A DNA stretch of 64,000 nucleotides from Mobula hypostoma (taxonomy: Eukaryota), in the NCBI RefSeq assembly GCF_963921235.1, contig NC_086108.1:3286001-3350000 (forward strand). The letters run 5' to 3'. The notes under the pieces were generated by a model, which did not search any database, was not told the origin of the DNA, and worked only from the letters and a program-made list of their open reading frames with translations. The translations under genes were made by a program, and so were the position numbers. How positions within the stretch are numbered: position 1 is the first letter of the stretch; the number at the start of each line of letters is the position of its first letter. This document shows positions 37,251-50,544 of the stretch, in pieces.

Positions 37251-38300
37251 GACAATCTGGGATTAGGATTGACGTGGGATGTTCTGAGAGTGGTTCCCAT
37301 AGCAAGGAAGGAAAATCCTCTAATCAGAGACAACGCAAAGGGATTTTCCCTCGCAAACCAGTGCATGTAAGGGTAAGCAAAAGGAGAAACAGGATGAAAC
37401 GTACAGACATCTCACCCTGCTTGATCCAGGCAGTACAGGACAGATCCAAAGCAAACACTGAAGCTCAGGTGTGAAACCTTAGCGTTATGAAGAGGGGGTG
37501 ACTGAATGCAAGAGGCTATGTCAGCCTTGGCTGAAAGGCGGCTGGGATTCTGAGCCGTAACTTTATCCTACAAAGCATTTCATGTGAAACGAGGGAGTCT
37601 TGGTGAAATACTGAGCTGTTGTGAAAGGATGTGGTAGCACTCCAGACTTCAAAGAATGTTACCACCTGTGAAGAATTATAGGTATAGGGAGAATTCAGGC
37701 AGTTTGGTGTCATCTTCCTTGAAACACAGGGGTGGTTTAATTCAGATCTACAAAATCATGATACATCACGAAGGTGTGAAGAGGAAGGAGCCAATTTCAT
37801 AAACGCAGATGTCAATAACTGTGAGAGACTTGGGTTGAGTGTCATTTGTGGCAGTTTAAAGAAAATTTTAAAGATTACCTTTATTTGTCACATGTACATC
37901 AAACCAAAAGTGAAATGTATCATCTGCACCAATGACCAACGCAATCCGGATCTGCTGGGGGCAGCCCACAAGTGTTACCACAACTCCAGCGCCAACATAG
38001 CACGTCCACAACTCACTACCCCTAACCTGTACGTCTTTGGAGGAATGTGGAAGGAAACTGCGCCACTCGGACATTTTATCTACGTGAAACACTGCCGTAG
38101 AAAAACAGCATCCATCATCAAAGATCCTCTCCACCCAGGCCTTGCTCTTTTCTCACTTCTACCATCAGGTAGATAGTACAAGAGCCTCACGACTCTTGGC
38201 AAATATGATGTTGTGGCCATCTCTGAGACTTGGCTAAAGGATGGCTGCCATTGGGAGTTGAATGTCCAAGGATATACGGTGTATCGGAAAGATAGGTTAG

Positions 38301-40809
38301 AAACATAGAAACATAGAAACATAGAAAATAGGTGCAGGAGTAGGCCATTCGGCCCTTCGAGCCTGCACCGCCATTTATTATGATCATGGCTGATCATCCA
38401 ACTCAGAACCCAGCCTTCCCTCCATACCCCCTGACCCCTGTAGCCACAAGGGCCATATCTAACTTCCTTTTAAACATAGCTAATGAACTGGCCTCAACAG
38501 TTTGCTGTGGCAGAGAATTCCACAGATTCACCACTCTCTGTGTGAAGAAGTTTTTCCTAATCTCGGTCCTAAAAGGCTTCCCCTCTATCCTCAAACTGTG
38601 ACCCCTCGTTCTGGACCTCCCCAACATCGGGAACAATCTTCCCGCATCTAGCCTGTCCAATCCCTTTAGGATCTTATACGTTTCAATCAGATCCCCCCTC
38701 AATCTTCTAAATTCCAATGAGTACAAGCCCAGTTCATCCAGTCTTTCTTCATATGAAAGACCTGCCATCCCAGGAATCAATCTGGTGAACCTTCTTTGTA
38801 CTCCCTCTATGGCAAAGATGTCTTTCCTCAGATTAGGGGACCAAAACTGCACACAATACTCCAGGTGTGGTCTCACCAAGGCCTTGTACAACTGCAGTAG
38901 TACCTCCCTGCTCCTGTACTCGAATCCTCTCGCTATAAATGCCAGCATACCGTTCGCCTTTTTCACTGCCTGCTGTACCTGCATGCCCACTTTCAATGAC
39001 TGGTGTATAATGACACCCAGGTCTCGTTGCACCTCCCCTTTTCCTAATCGGCCACCATTCAGATAATAATCTGTTTTCCTATTTTTGCCACCAAAGTGGA
39101 TAACTTCACATTTATCCACATTAAATTGCATCTGCCATGAGTTTGCCCACTCACCCAACCTATCCAAGTCACCCTGCATCCTCTTAGCATCCTCCTCACT
39201 GCTAACACTGCCACCCAGCTTCGTGTCATCCGCAAACTTGGAGATGCTGCATTTAATTCCCTCATCCAAGTCATTAATATATATTGTAAACAACTGGGGT
39301 CCCAGCACTGAGCCTTGCGGTACCCCACTAGTCACCGCCTGCCATTCTGAAAAGGTCCCGTTTATTCCCACTCTTTGCTTCCTGTCTGCTAACCAATTCT
39401 CCACCCACACCAATACCTTACCCCCAATACCGTGTGCTTTAAGTTTGCACACTAATCTCCTGTGTGGGACCTTGTCAAAAGCCTTTTGAAAATCCAAATA
39501 TACCATATCCACTGGTTCTCCCCTATCCACTCTACTAGTTACATCCTCAAAAAATTCTATGAGATTCGTCAGACATGATTTTCCTTTCACAAATCCATGC
39601 TGACTTTGTCCGATCATTTCACCGCTTTCCAAATGTGCTGTTATCACATCCTTGATAACTGACTCCAGCAGTTTCCCCACCACCGACGTTAGGCTAACGG
39701 GCCTATAATTCCCCGGTTTCTCTCTCCCTCCTTTTTTAAAAAGTGGGGTTACATTAGCCACCCTCCAATCCTCAGGAACTAGTCCAGAATCTAACGAGTT
39801 TTGAAAAATTATCACTAATGCATCCACTATTTCTTGGGCTACTTCCTTAAGCACTCTGGGATGCAGACCATCTGGCCCTGGGGATTTATCTGCCTTCAAT
39901 CCCTTCAATTTACCTAACACCACTTCCCTACTAACATGTATTTCACTCAGTTCCTCCATCTCACTGGACCCTCTGTCCCTTACTATTTCTGGAAGATTAT
40001 TTATGTCCTCCTTAGTGAAGGCAGAACCAAAATAATTATTCAATTGGTCTGCCATGTCCTTGCTCCCCATAATCAATTCACCTGTTTCTGTCTGCAGGGG
40101 ACCTACATTTGTCTTTATCAGTCTTTTCCTTTTTACATATCTATAAAAGCTTTTACAGTCCGTTTTTATGTTCTCTGCCAGTTTTCTCTCATAATCTTTT
40201 TTCCCCTTCCTAATTAAGCCCTTTGTCCTCCTCTGCTGAACTCTGAATTTCTCCCAGTCCTCAGGTGAGCCACTTTCTCTGGCTAATTTGTATGCTACTT
40301 CTTTGGAATTGATACTATCCCTAATTTCTCTTGTCAGCCACGGGTGCACTACCTTCCTTGATTTATTCTTTTGCCAAACTGGGATGAACAATTGTTGTAG
40401 TTCATCCATGCAACCTTTAAATGCCTGCCATTGCATATCCACCGTCAATCCTTTAAGTGTCATTTGCCAGTCTATCTTAGCTAATTCACGACTCATACCT
40501 TCAAAGTTACCCCTCTTTAAGTTCAGAACCTTTGTTTCTGAATTAACTATGTCACTCTCCATGTTAATGAAGAATTCCACCATATTATGGTCACTCTTAC
40601 CCAAGGGGCCTCTCACGACAAGATCGCTAATTAACCCTTCCTCATTGCTCAAAACCCAGTCCAGAATAGCCTGCTCTCTAGTCGGTTCCTCGACATGTTG
40701 GTTCAAAAAACCATCCCGCATACATTCCAAGAAATCCTCTTCCTCAGCATCTTTACCAATTTGGTTCACCCAATCTACATGTAGATTGAAGTCACCCATT
40801 ATAACTGCT
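38301..40809 (-). mobile_element. Very young 5'-truncated CR1 LINE
   Basis: Uninterrupted ORF, (tatgtttc)n tail, gttag repeated at both junctions. Confidence 0.95.
38403..40799 (-). CDS. CR1 ORF2 (partial endonuclease plus full reverse transcriptase), 798 aa
   Basis: [54 protein letters not shown]. Confidence 0.9.
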   Translation of the reverse strand: MGDFNLHVDWVNQIGKDAEEEDFLECMRDGFLNQHVEEPTREQAILDWVLSNEEGLISDLVVRGPLGKSDHNMVEFFINMESDIVNSETKVLNLKRGNFEGMSRELAKIDWQMTLKGLTVDMQWQAFKGCMDELQQLFIPVWQKNKSRKVVHPWLTREIRDSINSKEVAYKLARESGSPEDWEKFRVQQRRTKGLIRKGKKDYERKLAENIKTDCKSFYRYVKRKRLIKTNVGPLQTETGELIMGSKDMADQLNNYFGSAFTKEDINNLPEIVRDRGSSEMEELSEIHVSREVVLGKLKGLKADKSPGPDGLHPRVLKEVAQEIVDALVIIFQNSLDSGLVPEDWRVANVTPLFKKGGREKPGNYRPVSLTSVVGKLLESVIKDVITAHLESGEMIGQSQHGFVKGKSCLTNLIEFFEDVTSRVDRGEPVDMVYLDFQKAFDKVPHRRLVCKLKAHGIGGKVLVWVENWLADRKQRVGINGTFSEWQAVTSGVPQGSVLGPQLFTIYINDLDEGIKCSISKFADDTKLGGSVSSEEDAKRMQGDLDRLGEWANSWQMQFNVDKCEVIHFGGKNRKTDYYLNGGRLGKGEVQRDLGVIIHQSLKVGMQVQQAVKKANGMLAFIARGFEYRSREVLLQLYKALVRPHLEYCVQFWSPNLRKDIFAIEGVQRRFTRLIPGMAGLSYEERLDELGLYSLEFRRLRGDLIETYKILKGLDRLDAGRLFPMLGRSRTRGHSLRIEGKPFRTEIRKNFFTQRVVNLWNSLPQQTVEASSLAMFKRKLDMALVATGVRGYGGKAGF

Positions 40810-41079
40810 GTTAGTAGGCAGAGGGGGTGGTGTGGCCCTATGTATAAGAATTAATATTAAATCATTGGAAAGCGATGACATAGGATCGGAAAGTGTAGAG
40901 TCTCTATAGGTTGAGTCAAGAAACGGCAAGGGTAAAAGGACCCTAATGGCAGTTGTATACAGGCCTCCAAACAGTAGCCGGGATGTGGAGTACAAATTAC
41001 AGCAGGAGATGGAAAAGGCATGTCAGAAGGGCAAGGTCATGATAATCGTGGGGGATTTTAACATGAAAGTGGATTGGGA

Positions 41080-41353
41080 GGGCCAGTTGGTGGCACAACA
41101 TCGGCGCCGGACCCGGGAGCGGAGGTTCCCGGGTTTGAAACCAGCCGAGTATGCTTTCCATCCGTGCCAGGTTGAGTGTCGAGATCGCAACTCGACCTCG
41201 TAAAACAAATGGAAAATACTGTGAAATTGTCTGAGTGAGGAGTGGTGCACCACACAGTCTCTCTCTCTCTGCGCCTTGGAAAAAAGCCATGAAAAATCCA
41301 TCATCACAGACACACAGACGCGCACGCACGCACGCAGTCACATGCCAAACAAA
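41080..41353 (+). mobile_element. Young CpG-rich tRNA-derived SINE
   Basis: Perfect 17-bp TSD ATGAAAGTGGATTGGGA at 41063-41079 and 41354-41370. Confidence 0.85.
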
Positions 41354-44300
41354 ATGAAAGTGGATTGGGAAAACCAGGTCAGTACTGGACCTCGAGAGAG
41401 AGAATTTGTAGAATGTCTAAGGGATGACTTTTTTAGAACAGCTTGTTGTTGAGCCCACTAGGGGATCAGCTGTGCTGGATTGGGTGTTGTGCAATGATCC
41501 GGAGGTGATAAGAGGGCTTAATACTAAGGAACCCTTAGGGAACAGTGATCACAATATGATCGAGTTCACTTTGAAATTTGAGAGGGAAAAAATAAATTCC
41601 AATGTGTCAGTATTTCAGTGGAATAAAGGAAATTACAATGACATGAGAGGGGAACTGGCCGAAATTGACTGGAAAGGGACATTTGCAGGAAGAACAGCAG
41701 AGCAGCCATGGCTGGAATTTCTGCGAGAAATGAGGCAAATGCAAGACAGATATATTCCAAATAAGAAGAAATTTTCAAGGGAAGAAGGACACTACCGTGG
41801 CTGACAAGTGAAGTCAGAGCCAAAGTAAAAGCAAAAGAAAGGACATACAAGGAAGCTAGAGCCAGTGTGAAGATAGAGAATTGGGAAGCTTTTAAAAACT
41901 TACAGAAGGAAACTAAGAAGGTCATTAGGAAGGAAAAGATGAATTATGAGAGGAAGCTAGCCACTATCATCAAAGAAGATACTAAAAGCTTTTTTTAAGT
42001 ATATAAAGGGTAAAAGAGAGTCGAGGGGAGATACAGGACCAATAGAAAATGATACTGGAGACAGTGTAATGAGAGATGCAGAGATGGCAGAGGAACTGAA
42101 TGCATATTTTGCAACAGTCTTCACAGTGGAAGACACTTGCAGTATACCGGACATTCCAGAGAGTCAGGGAAGTGAAGTTTGTGCAGTAAAAATTACGACT
42201 GAGAAGGTTCTCAGGAAGCTTAATGGTCTGAGGGTGGATAAATCTCCTGGACCTGATGGAATGCACCCTCGGGTTCTGAAGGAAGTAGCTGGAGAGATTG
42301 CAGAGGCATTAACAACAATCTTTCAAGAATCAATAGATTCTGGCATTGTACAGGATGACTGGAAAATTGCAAATGTTACTCTGCTATTTAAGAAGGGTGG
42401 GAGGCAGCAGAAAGGAAACTATAGACCTGTTAGCCTGACATCAGTGGTTGGGAAGTTGTTGGAATCGATTATTAGGGATGAGATTACGGAGTACCTGGAC
42501 GCACATGACAAGATAGGCCAAAGCCAGCATGGTTTCCTGAAAGGAAAATCCTGCCTGACAAACCTACTGCAATTCTTTGAGGAAATTACAAGCAGGGTAA
42601 ACAAAGGAGATGCAGTAGATGTGCTGTACTTGGATTTTCAAAAGGCCTTTGACAAAGTGCCATACATGAGGCTGCTTAGCAAGATAAGAGCCCATGGAAT
42701 TACAGGGAAGTTACTAGCATGGGTGGAGCATTGGCTGATCGGCAGAAAACAGAGAGTGGGAATAACGGGATCCTATTCTGGCTGGCTGCCGATTACCAGT
42801 GGAGTTCCACAGGGATCAGTGTTGGGACCGCTGCTTTTTACAATGTATGTCAATGATTTGGACTATGGGATTAATGGATTTGTGGCTAAGTTTGCCAATG
42901 ATACAAAGATAGGTGGAGGAGTGGGTAGTGTTGAGGAAACAGAGAGCCTGTAGAGAGGCTTAGATAGTTTAGGGAATGGGCAAAGAAGTGGCAAATGAAA
43001 TATAATGCTGGAAAGTGTATGGTCATGCACTGTGGTGGAGGAAATAAACGGGCAGACTACTGTTTCGATGGGGAGAGAATTCAAAATGCAGAGATGCAAA
43101 GGGACTTGGGAGTCCTTGTGCAGGATACCCTAAAGGTTAACCTCCAGGATGAGTTGGTGGTGAAGAAGGAGAATGCAATGTTGGCATTCATTTCTTGAGG
43201 TACAGAATATCAGAGCAGTGATGTGATGTTGAGGCCACACTTGGAGTATTGTGTGCAGTTTTGGGCTCCTTATTTTAGAAAGGATATACTGACATTGGAG
43301 AGGGTTCAGAGAATGATTCCAGTAATGAAAGGGTTACCATATGAGGAACATCTGGCAGTTCTTGGGCCATATTCCCTGGAGTTCAGGAGAATGGGCGGGG
43401 TGGGGGGGAGCTCATAGAAACATTCTGAATGATAAAAGGCCTGAACAGATTAGATATGGCAAAGTTATTTCCCATGGTCGGGGAGTCTAGGACAAGAAGG
43501 CACGACTTCAGGATTTAAGGACATCCATTTAGAACAGAGATGCGGAGAAATTACTTTAGTCAGAGGGTGGTAAATCTGTGGAAGTTGTTCCCACGAGCAA
43601 CTGTGGAGGCCAAGTCATTGGGTGTATTTAAGGCAGAGATAGATAGGTTCTTGATTAGCCAGGGCATCAAAGGGTATGGGGTGAAAGCAGGGGTGTAGGG
43701 ATGACTGGAAGAATTGGATCAGCCCATGATTGAATGGCAGAGCAGACTCGATGGGCCAAATGGCCTACTTCTGCTCCTATATCTTATGGACATTGAACCC
43801 TTGGACACTACCTCACTTTTATAATATATATTATGTCTGTTTTTTGCATGATTTTTAATCTATGTATTGCATTGAACCGCTGCTGCTAAGTTAACAAATT
43901 TCGCGACACATGCCGGTGATAATAAACCTGATTCTGATTCAATGGATGGGCAAGTGAGTGTAGTTGTCCCCACTTGTTCAAAAGCCTGATTATTGTGGGG
44001 TACTAACTGTTTTTGACCCTGGTGGTGTGAGTCCTGAGGCTCTCTTACCTTCTACCTGATGGCAGCAGCAAGAAGAAAGCATGCCCTGCGTGCTGGACAT
44101 CTCTAATGATGGATGTTGCTTTCCTATGACAGTGTTTTATGTAGATGTGCTCAACATTTGGGAGGGCTTTATCCGTGATGTACTGGGCCTAGTCCACAAC
44201 CCTTTGTAAGATTTTTATTCAAAGGCATTAGTATTTCCATACCAGGCCCTGTGATTCTATGTAAAGGTATCTGAATGACTGAAGAACATAAACTCCAGGG

Positions 44301-44500
44301 TTTTGGACTGAGAACTGGGAAGTAGGATTAACTGGATGTCAAATTTCGGCTTGATTGGACATGCTAGGCTAAATGGTCTCACTCTGTGCCATAAACCTCC
44401 ATGACTCCTTCCGGGCTAAACATGCACTCTGCAGTCCAAATAATTCTAATTCAGTACATTTCCCGAATCTGTCCCACCACTCTGGTCAACTGCCACATAC

Positions 44501-44577
44501 CTGTTAATGAGAGACGCAAATGGCTGGACCTGGAGAGAAGTGCCCAAGATGATGAGAAGGTCACATTTTGGAAAATC
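44501..44577 (-). CDS. SIRT2: Sirtuin-2 internal exon (77 nt)
   Basis: tag|[25 protein letters not shown]+AG|gtatg; GTSL NAD-binding motif. Confidence 0.97.
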
Positions 44578-44712
44578 CTAAATGGAAAACAAAATGTATT
44601 CATTAAAGGGGAAAGAAACTACAAATCTATAAATTATTCATCAGTTTCTTCATCATTAATTTAAAGAAATGTCTTAAGAAATACAAATTTACTTTCCTGC
44701 ATTGTGAAATAA

Positions 44713-46371
44713 CACTGGACAACACAGATTTTGCTTCCTGAATACTTTTAGGTGTACGTAATTGATTTTTGATCATGAAAATCACCATGAAATTTCCCTA
44801 TGATGGACCATTTTTTTTGAAATTGCCTATATTTGTCATTTCAATTCATAACTCAAGTCAGAATAACTGATGCCAAGGTTAAGGAAGGTATTTTTGTGGG
44901 TCCACAAATCAAACAGATCATCAATGATAGACAATTCAAAGAACTTCTAGTGGGAGTGGAGAAAACTGCATGGAAGGCATTCAAGGCTGTTGGGTGACAC
45001 AGAGGTTGGAGGTGCTGTGGATAGTGTGGAAGGCTGTCAGAGGTTACAGCGGGACATTGATATGATGCAAAACTGAGCTGAGAAGTGGCAGATGGAGTTC
45101 AACCCAGATAAGTGTGAGGTGGTTCATTTTGGTAGGACAAATATTATGGCAGAATATAGTATTAATGGTAAGACTCTTGGCAGTGTGGAGGATCAGAGGG
45201 ATCTTGGGGTCCGAGTCCATAGGACACTCAAAGCTGCTACGCAGGTTGACTCTCTGGTTAAGAAGGCATACGGTGCATGGGCCTTCATCAGCCGTGGGAT
45301 TGAGTTTAAGAGCCGAGAGGGAATGTTGCAGCTATATAGGACCCTGGTCAGACCCCACTTGGAGTACTGTGCTCAGTTCTGGTCGCCTCACTACAGGAAG
45401 GACATGGAAACCATAGAAAGGGTGCAGAGGAGATTTACAAGGATGTTGCCTGGATTGGGGAGCATGCCTTATGAGAATAGGTTGAGTGAACTCCGCCTTT
45501 ATTCCTTGGAGCGATGGAGGATGAGAGGTGACCTGATAGAGGTGTATAAGATAATGAGAGGTATTGATCGTGTGGATAGTCAGAGGCTTTTTCCCGGGGC
45601 TGAAATGGCTGGCACGAGAGGGCATGGAAGCAGGTAGAGAGAAGTTGTCAGGGGTAAGTTTTTTATGCAGAGAGTGGTGAGTGTGTGGAATGGGCTGCCG
45701 GTAGCGGTGGTGGAGGCGGAAGTGATAGGGTCTTTTAAGAGACTCCTGGATGGCTACATGGATCTTAGAACTACCTAGGCTTTACCCATAGCCCTCTATT
45801 TTTCTAAGGTAGGGACATGTTCAGCACAGCTTTGTGGGCCAAAGGGCTGTATGTTTTCTATGTTTCTAAATTTTTTTGGCAACTACAGATCACCAAGCTA
45901 TGTGCAGCTGGTTGACTACATGCTTCAAACATACAAAACCACGAAGTGCAATATGTCACTAAAGATTCATTTTCTGTGTTCCCATTTGAACTTCCTCCCT
46001 GTAGATCTTGGCGTTGTCAGTGACGAGCATGGGGAAAGGTTTCACCAGGACATTGAGGTCATGGAGAAACGGTATCAGGGCAAATGGAATCCATCAATGC
46101 TGGCTGATTATTGTTGGACACTTAAGTGAGAAGCCTCAGACACTGAGTACAAATGAAAATCATCAACAAAACATTTTTAGCTGAGTTGAACTATTGCAAG
46201 ATGTTAGCACCGTTACGCAATTAAATACATTATATTCAATAAATGTTAATTTCATGTTTCTCTAAATTCCTACATGTTTATCTTCAAGCCATCATAGCCA
46301 CATCATAGCTATCATAGCCACAAAAAATTTCTGAGGAAGCAACAGTTTTGAAAAAAAATTGTTCTCCAGTA
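44713..46371 (+). mobile_element. Chapaev3-like (CMC) DNA transposon deletion derivative
   Basis: cactggacaaca...tgttctccagta termini, TAA on both flanks; KEGIFVGPQIK..MSLKIHFL..SDEHGERFHQDI..YCW. Confidence 0.7.
44992..45868 (+). mobile_element. CR1 3' fragment inserted in the Chapaev3-like element
   Basis: ORF 45092-45637 FNPDKCEV..LEYCAQFWSP; tail tatgtttct. Confidence 0.88.
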
Positions 46372-47464
46372 TAATTAGTGGTGTGATTGTTTGATTTAGC
46401 CTCTACTAGGGATGTATCAGGCCAGACCAATTGAGTGTAGAATTGGCCAATCAAATGTGCCATTTGCCACTGACATTCAAACACAGTACAGATGAAGTGT
46501 AATGTGAGTGGTGCTGGCCTCTTTCCCAAGGTGTCAATAAGATCAGCTAAGGAGATTTACTAACTCCATTGGCTCAAAATATTTACCACATTTACTCTTC
46601 TTCAGTCCCTAGAAAATAACGGGGAGGTTCAGTTGAGGCACTCAAAGATGGAAGGATTTTGATAAATAAGAAGCTGTTTTCATGTCAGATTCTGGTAACT
46701 CGAGGATATTGTTTTACTTGTTTACTGGACATGGGCATCACCAGCAAGATTGGTGATTATTGCCTGCTCCTAACGACTCAGGAAATCAGCTATTTGCTCA
46801 GTCATTTCAGAGAATGGCTCGAGTTGTTGTGGATGGAAGACCAGATAAGTTTGGGCCAGATAAGGGGGTCAGATTTCCATCCTTAAACCATAAAGCATAG
46901 GAGCATAATTTGTCCATTCAGTCCATCAAGTCTGCTCCGCTCAACATTGATTAATGGGTACAGCAACAAGCACACTATGCCTCTCTGCCTGGGTAATGAA
47001 CATAGAACATCGAACGGTACAGCGCAGGAACAGACCCTATGACCCACAGCATTGAATTCTCAATCAAACATCCAACTAAACTAATCCCTTCTGCCCACAT
47101 CTAGCTCATATACTTCCATTTCCGGCACAATCATGTGCCTATTTAAGGGCCTCTTGAACACACTATTGTATCTGCCCCAGGCAGCGCATTCTAGGCACCC
47201 ACCACTTTCTGCGTTTAAAAAAAAACTTGCCCTGCACATCTCCTTTGAAATTACCCCTCACACCTTAAATGCATGTCATCTGGCATTAGATATTTCAATC
47301 CCAGGATAAAGATACTGTCCATCTCCTCAATGTATCTCATAATTTGATAAACATCCGTCAGATCTCCCCTCAGCCTCCGCTGCTCCAATGAAAACGATCA
47401 AAGTCTGTCCAACTTATCCTTGTAGCACACACTCTCTCATCCAGGCAGCATCCTGGTAAACTTC

Positions 47465-48075
47465 ATCACAAACTTGACTGGAGCACCAATACAAAGGCTA
47501 CATACAGGAAGGTCCAGAGTTGCCTTTACTTCCTGAGGAGACTGAGGTCCTTTGGACTATACAGGCCTCTTCTTCACATGTTCTACCAGTCTGTTGTCAC
47601 CAGTACAATCTTCTACGTGGTGGAGTACTGGGATAAGGGCATCAACACAGGTGATGCCAACAGGCTCAATAAACTGATTAGAAAGGCTGGCTCTGTTACA
47701 GGAGCCAAATTGGACACAGTGGAGTCTGTGGTAGAACAAAGGACCCTACGGAAAACCCTGGCAATTCTGGACAATGTTTCTCACCCTCTGCAGGCCACCT
47801 TGGCTGAACAGAGGAGCACTCTCAGTAATAGACTACGGCAACTGTCTTGCTCCAAAGTGCGCTATACGAGGTCATTCTTACCCTTGGCCAGTAGGCCCTA
47901 TAATCAGTCAAACTATAGCAGGGAAGTGATGAGCCCCTCCTGTTAGACTGTTTTGGGTGACTTATTTTTTATTCATTCTTCTTATTTCTCTTCTCATATT
48001 GTATATCTGTGAACTTGTAATTCTACTGTGACACTGTAATTACTTTTGGGATCAATAAGGTACCTATCTATTTAT
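47465..48075 (+). mobile_element. Rex1/Babar 3' fragment nested in a CR1 remnant
   Basis: MFYQSVVTS..DNVSHPL..RSFLP. Confidence 0.78.
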
Positions 48076-48697
48076 AAACGCTAAAAAATCTGTAGATGCA
48101 GGAAATCCAAAGCAACACACACACAAAATCCAGGAGGAACTCAGCAAGTCAGATAGCGTCTCTGGAAATAAATAGATAGTGAACATTTCAGGCTGAGACC
48201 CTTCTTCAGGACTGAGAAGGAAGGGGGAAAATGCCAGAATAAAAAGATTGGGGGAAGGGAAAGAGCACCCTTTTGAAAGGCTCGACATTGTTCCTATAAC
48301 CAGCAATCAGATGTGACCTAACAAGAGTTTTATAAAGCTGTGACATAACCTCCTGACTTTTGAACTCAATTCCTCAACTAATAAAGGCCAGTATGCCATA
48401 TGCCTTCTTTAATGCCCTGTTAACCTGCGAGAGCTATGTGGGACCAGCTTTTAGGGAGCTATGGACAAGATCTCTCTGCACATCAACTGTCCCTTTACAA
48501 CTGACCTTCCAAACACTTCACATCTGACCAGATTAAACTCCATTTGCCATTTCCCTGCCTATATCCGCAACTGATCTACTGTATATTCCATTGTATTCTT
48601 TGCCAGTCTTCTACGCTATCCATTAACACCATTAACCTTTGTATTGTCTGCAAACTGACAAACCCACTGATCTACATTTTTATCCAGGTCATTCACA

Positions 48698-48985
48698 TGG
48701 GGCAGCAGGGTGGCGCACTGGTTAGCACAACACTTTATAGTACCAGCGACTCGGGTTCAATTCCTGCTGCTGCCTGTAAGGAGTTTGTACGTTCTCCCTG
48801 TGACTGCGTGGGTTTCCTCCGGGTGCTCCAGTTTCCTCCCACAGTCCAAAGACGTACCAACTGGTAGGTTAATTGGTTATTGTAAATTGTCCCATGATTA
48901 AGTTAGGGCTAAATTGGGTATGGCTGGGGAACACAGCTCAGAGAGCCAGAAGGGCCTGTTCTGCACTGTTTCTCAATAAATAAAT
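48698..48985 (+). mobile_element. V-domain SINE (HE1-like)
   Basis: tRNA head then gggtttcctccgggtgctccagtttcctcccacagtccaaaga; weaker copies near 3820-4100, 53045-53222 and 63430-63600. Confidence 0.8.
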
Positions 48986-49855
48986 TAATGAAAGGTATTA
49001 AGGATTGGCCATCGAAGTTAATTGCCCCAACTCTGAGATGACAGTTCTAGGGAGGAGTGAGGAAAGATGGTGCCAGTGATTTTTGCAGATTCTGGCGACA
49101 TCTTCCAATTTGTCCACGAAGCTGCTTATTCTTCTCTCATGTCTTCCTTTTCTTTCCAAGGTGGTTGGGGTTCTGTCAGAGTCTGTGATCTACAATTCAA
49201 ACTATGGTTCCCTGTAATACGTGGCCTGGCGCTTCGTTACTTTCAGAGGCAGCCTGGAAGACAGGCGACTTTGGGGAGCGGCCCATAGACAACCCGATTC
49301 CTCGCTGGTTTCACCAACTGAAGCATCATGGGAGACTGAAACATCGGGACAGTAGGTGGTGTGACTGCTGCTGGAAGAAGGCCCCTGTACTTGAGTAATC
49401 TCTCCCCCTCTCTCCATGGAGGGTGAGGACCTGTCAGTCCTCGAGTCCGGGGGCTTGGAGAAGCGATGGGGAACATCGGAACAGCAAGTTGCTCTTCTCT
49501 GCTCTCGTTGTTGCAGGAGAGCGATCTCCCGCTCGCTCGATGGAGAGAGAGAGTTTGTCTGAGATACCAAAGGCCTGGGTTATGGACTGTAGTTTTTGAT
49601 TAAGGTCTCTTTGGGGGCTTTTGCTAGCATTTTTGGGGGGGGGGCAGTCTGTGTTTCTGCTGGCACAAGTTGGGGGGGAGGGGAGGGGAGGGGAGGCTTT
49701 GGGGGTCTGATGCTTCTGACATTCATTCTTTGAGGGTTCTTGTTTCATGGATGTCTGTGAACAGTGTGAATTTCAGGTTGTATACTGTATACATTCACGA
49801 ATATTAAATTGAACCGTTTGAACCAAACAAGTGATAATAACTGAGTTGTACTCAC

Positions 49856-49911
49856 AGAATCCATAGTGGCAAAGAATCGATGGGGGAGACTTTCACCGAA
49901 GAAGACAATGT
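49856..49911 (-). CDS. SIRT2: Sirtuin-2 internal exon (56 nt)
   Basis: tag|(D)IVFFGESLPHRFFATMDS|gtgag; FGE motif. Confidence 0.97.
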
Positions 49912-50544
49912 CTAAGGAAGGAAATGGGGATTAAATGTGGCACACACTACTCACAGCTTATAAAGTCACAGCTTTGCTGAAACAGCAGGGCAGGACAATA
50001 ATCTCTTGACCACCAGGAAGTGTGGTGGAGGACCGTGGAAGGAAGAACATGCAGTAGGCACCATTCCGCTCAGAAGATGGGACACATTCCAGCCTGCAAA
50101 TGTTTTCTTTTGACTTTCCTTTTTCAATGAATGCTCCCACTCTCCCAGCCTAAATGAGCTGGTAACATTAAAGAACCGTCGGTCTTCTCCTGAATACACC
50201 TCAGTGAGTATAGAAAGGAGGCGGATATAGGATAGGCAAAGGAAGAGCAGAAGAGTACCAGGTGTTGTGTTCAATATTGAGGGAGAGTGCAGAGAGACAC
50301 CCAGAGATCAGCATGCAGGCTATTCAACTCAACTTTATTGATACCTTGCTTGTACAATACATGAACTCCTCCCATGTGGGAGTGACAAACTGTGGCACAG
50401 GATAGGATTAACCCATTAACCACCACAACCTCTCCCCTTCTTGATAAAAAAACAACTAGCTCTGTACTTTTTGTCTATAGAACTGTGATGAAATTATACT
50501 CACTGAAATTGAGTGATTCAGTCACTTTACCCATAGCACACAAC

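Larger units (their letters stand above)
38185..43790 (+). mobile_element. Older CR1 hosting the young CR1 and a SINE
   Basis: YDVVAISETW before 38300, resumes at 40810; ORF 42069-42953 with KFAND; stops and frameshifts. Confidence 0.88.
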
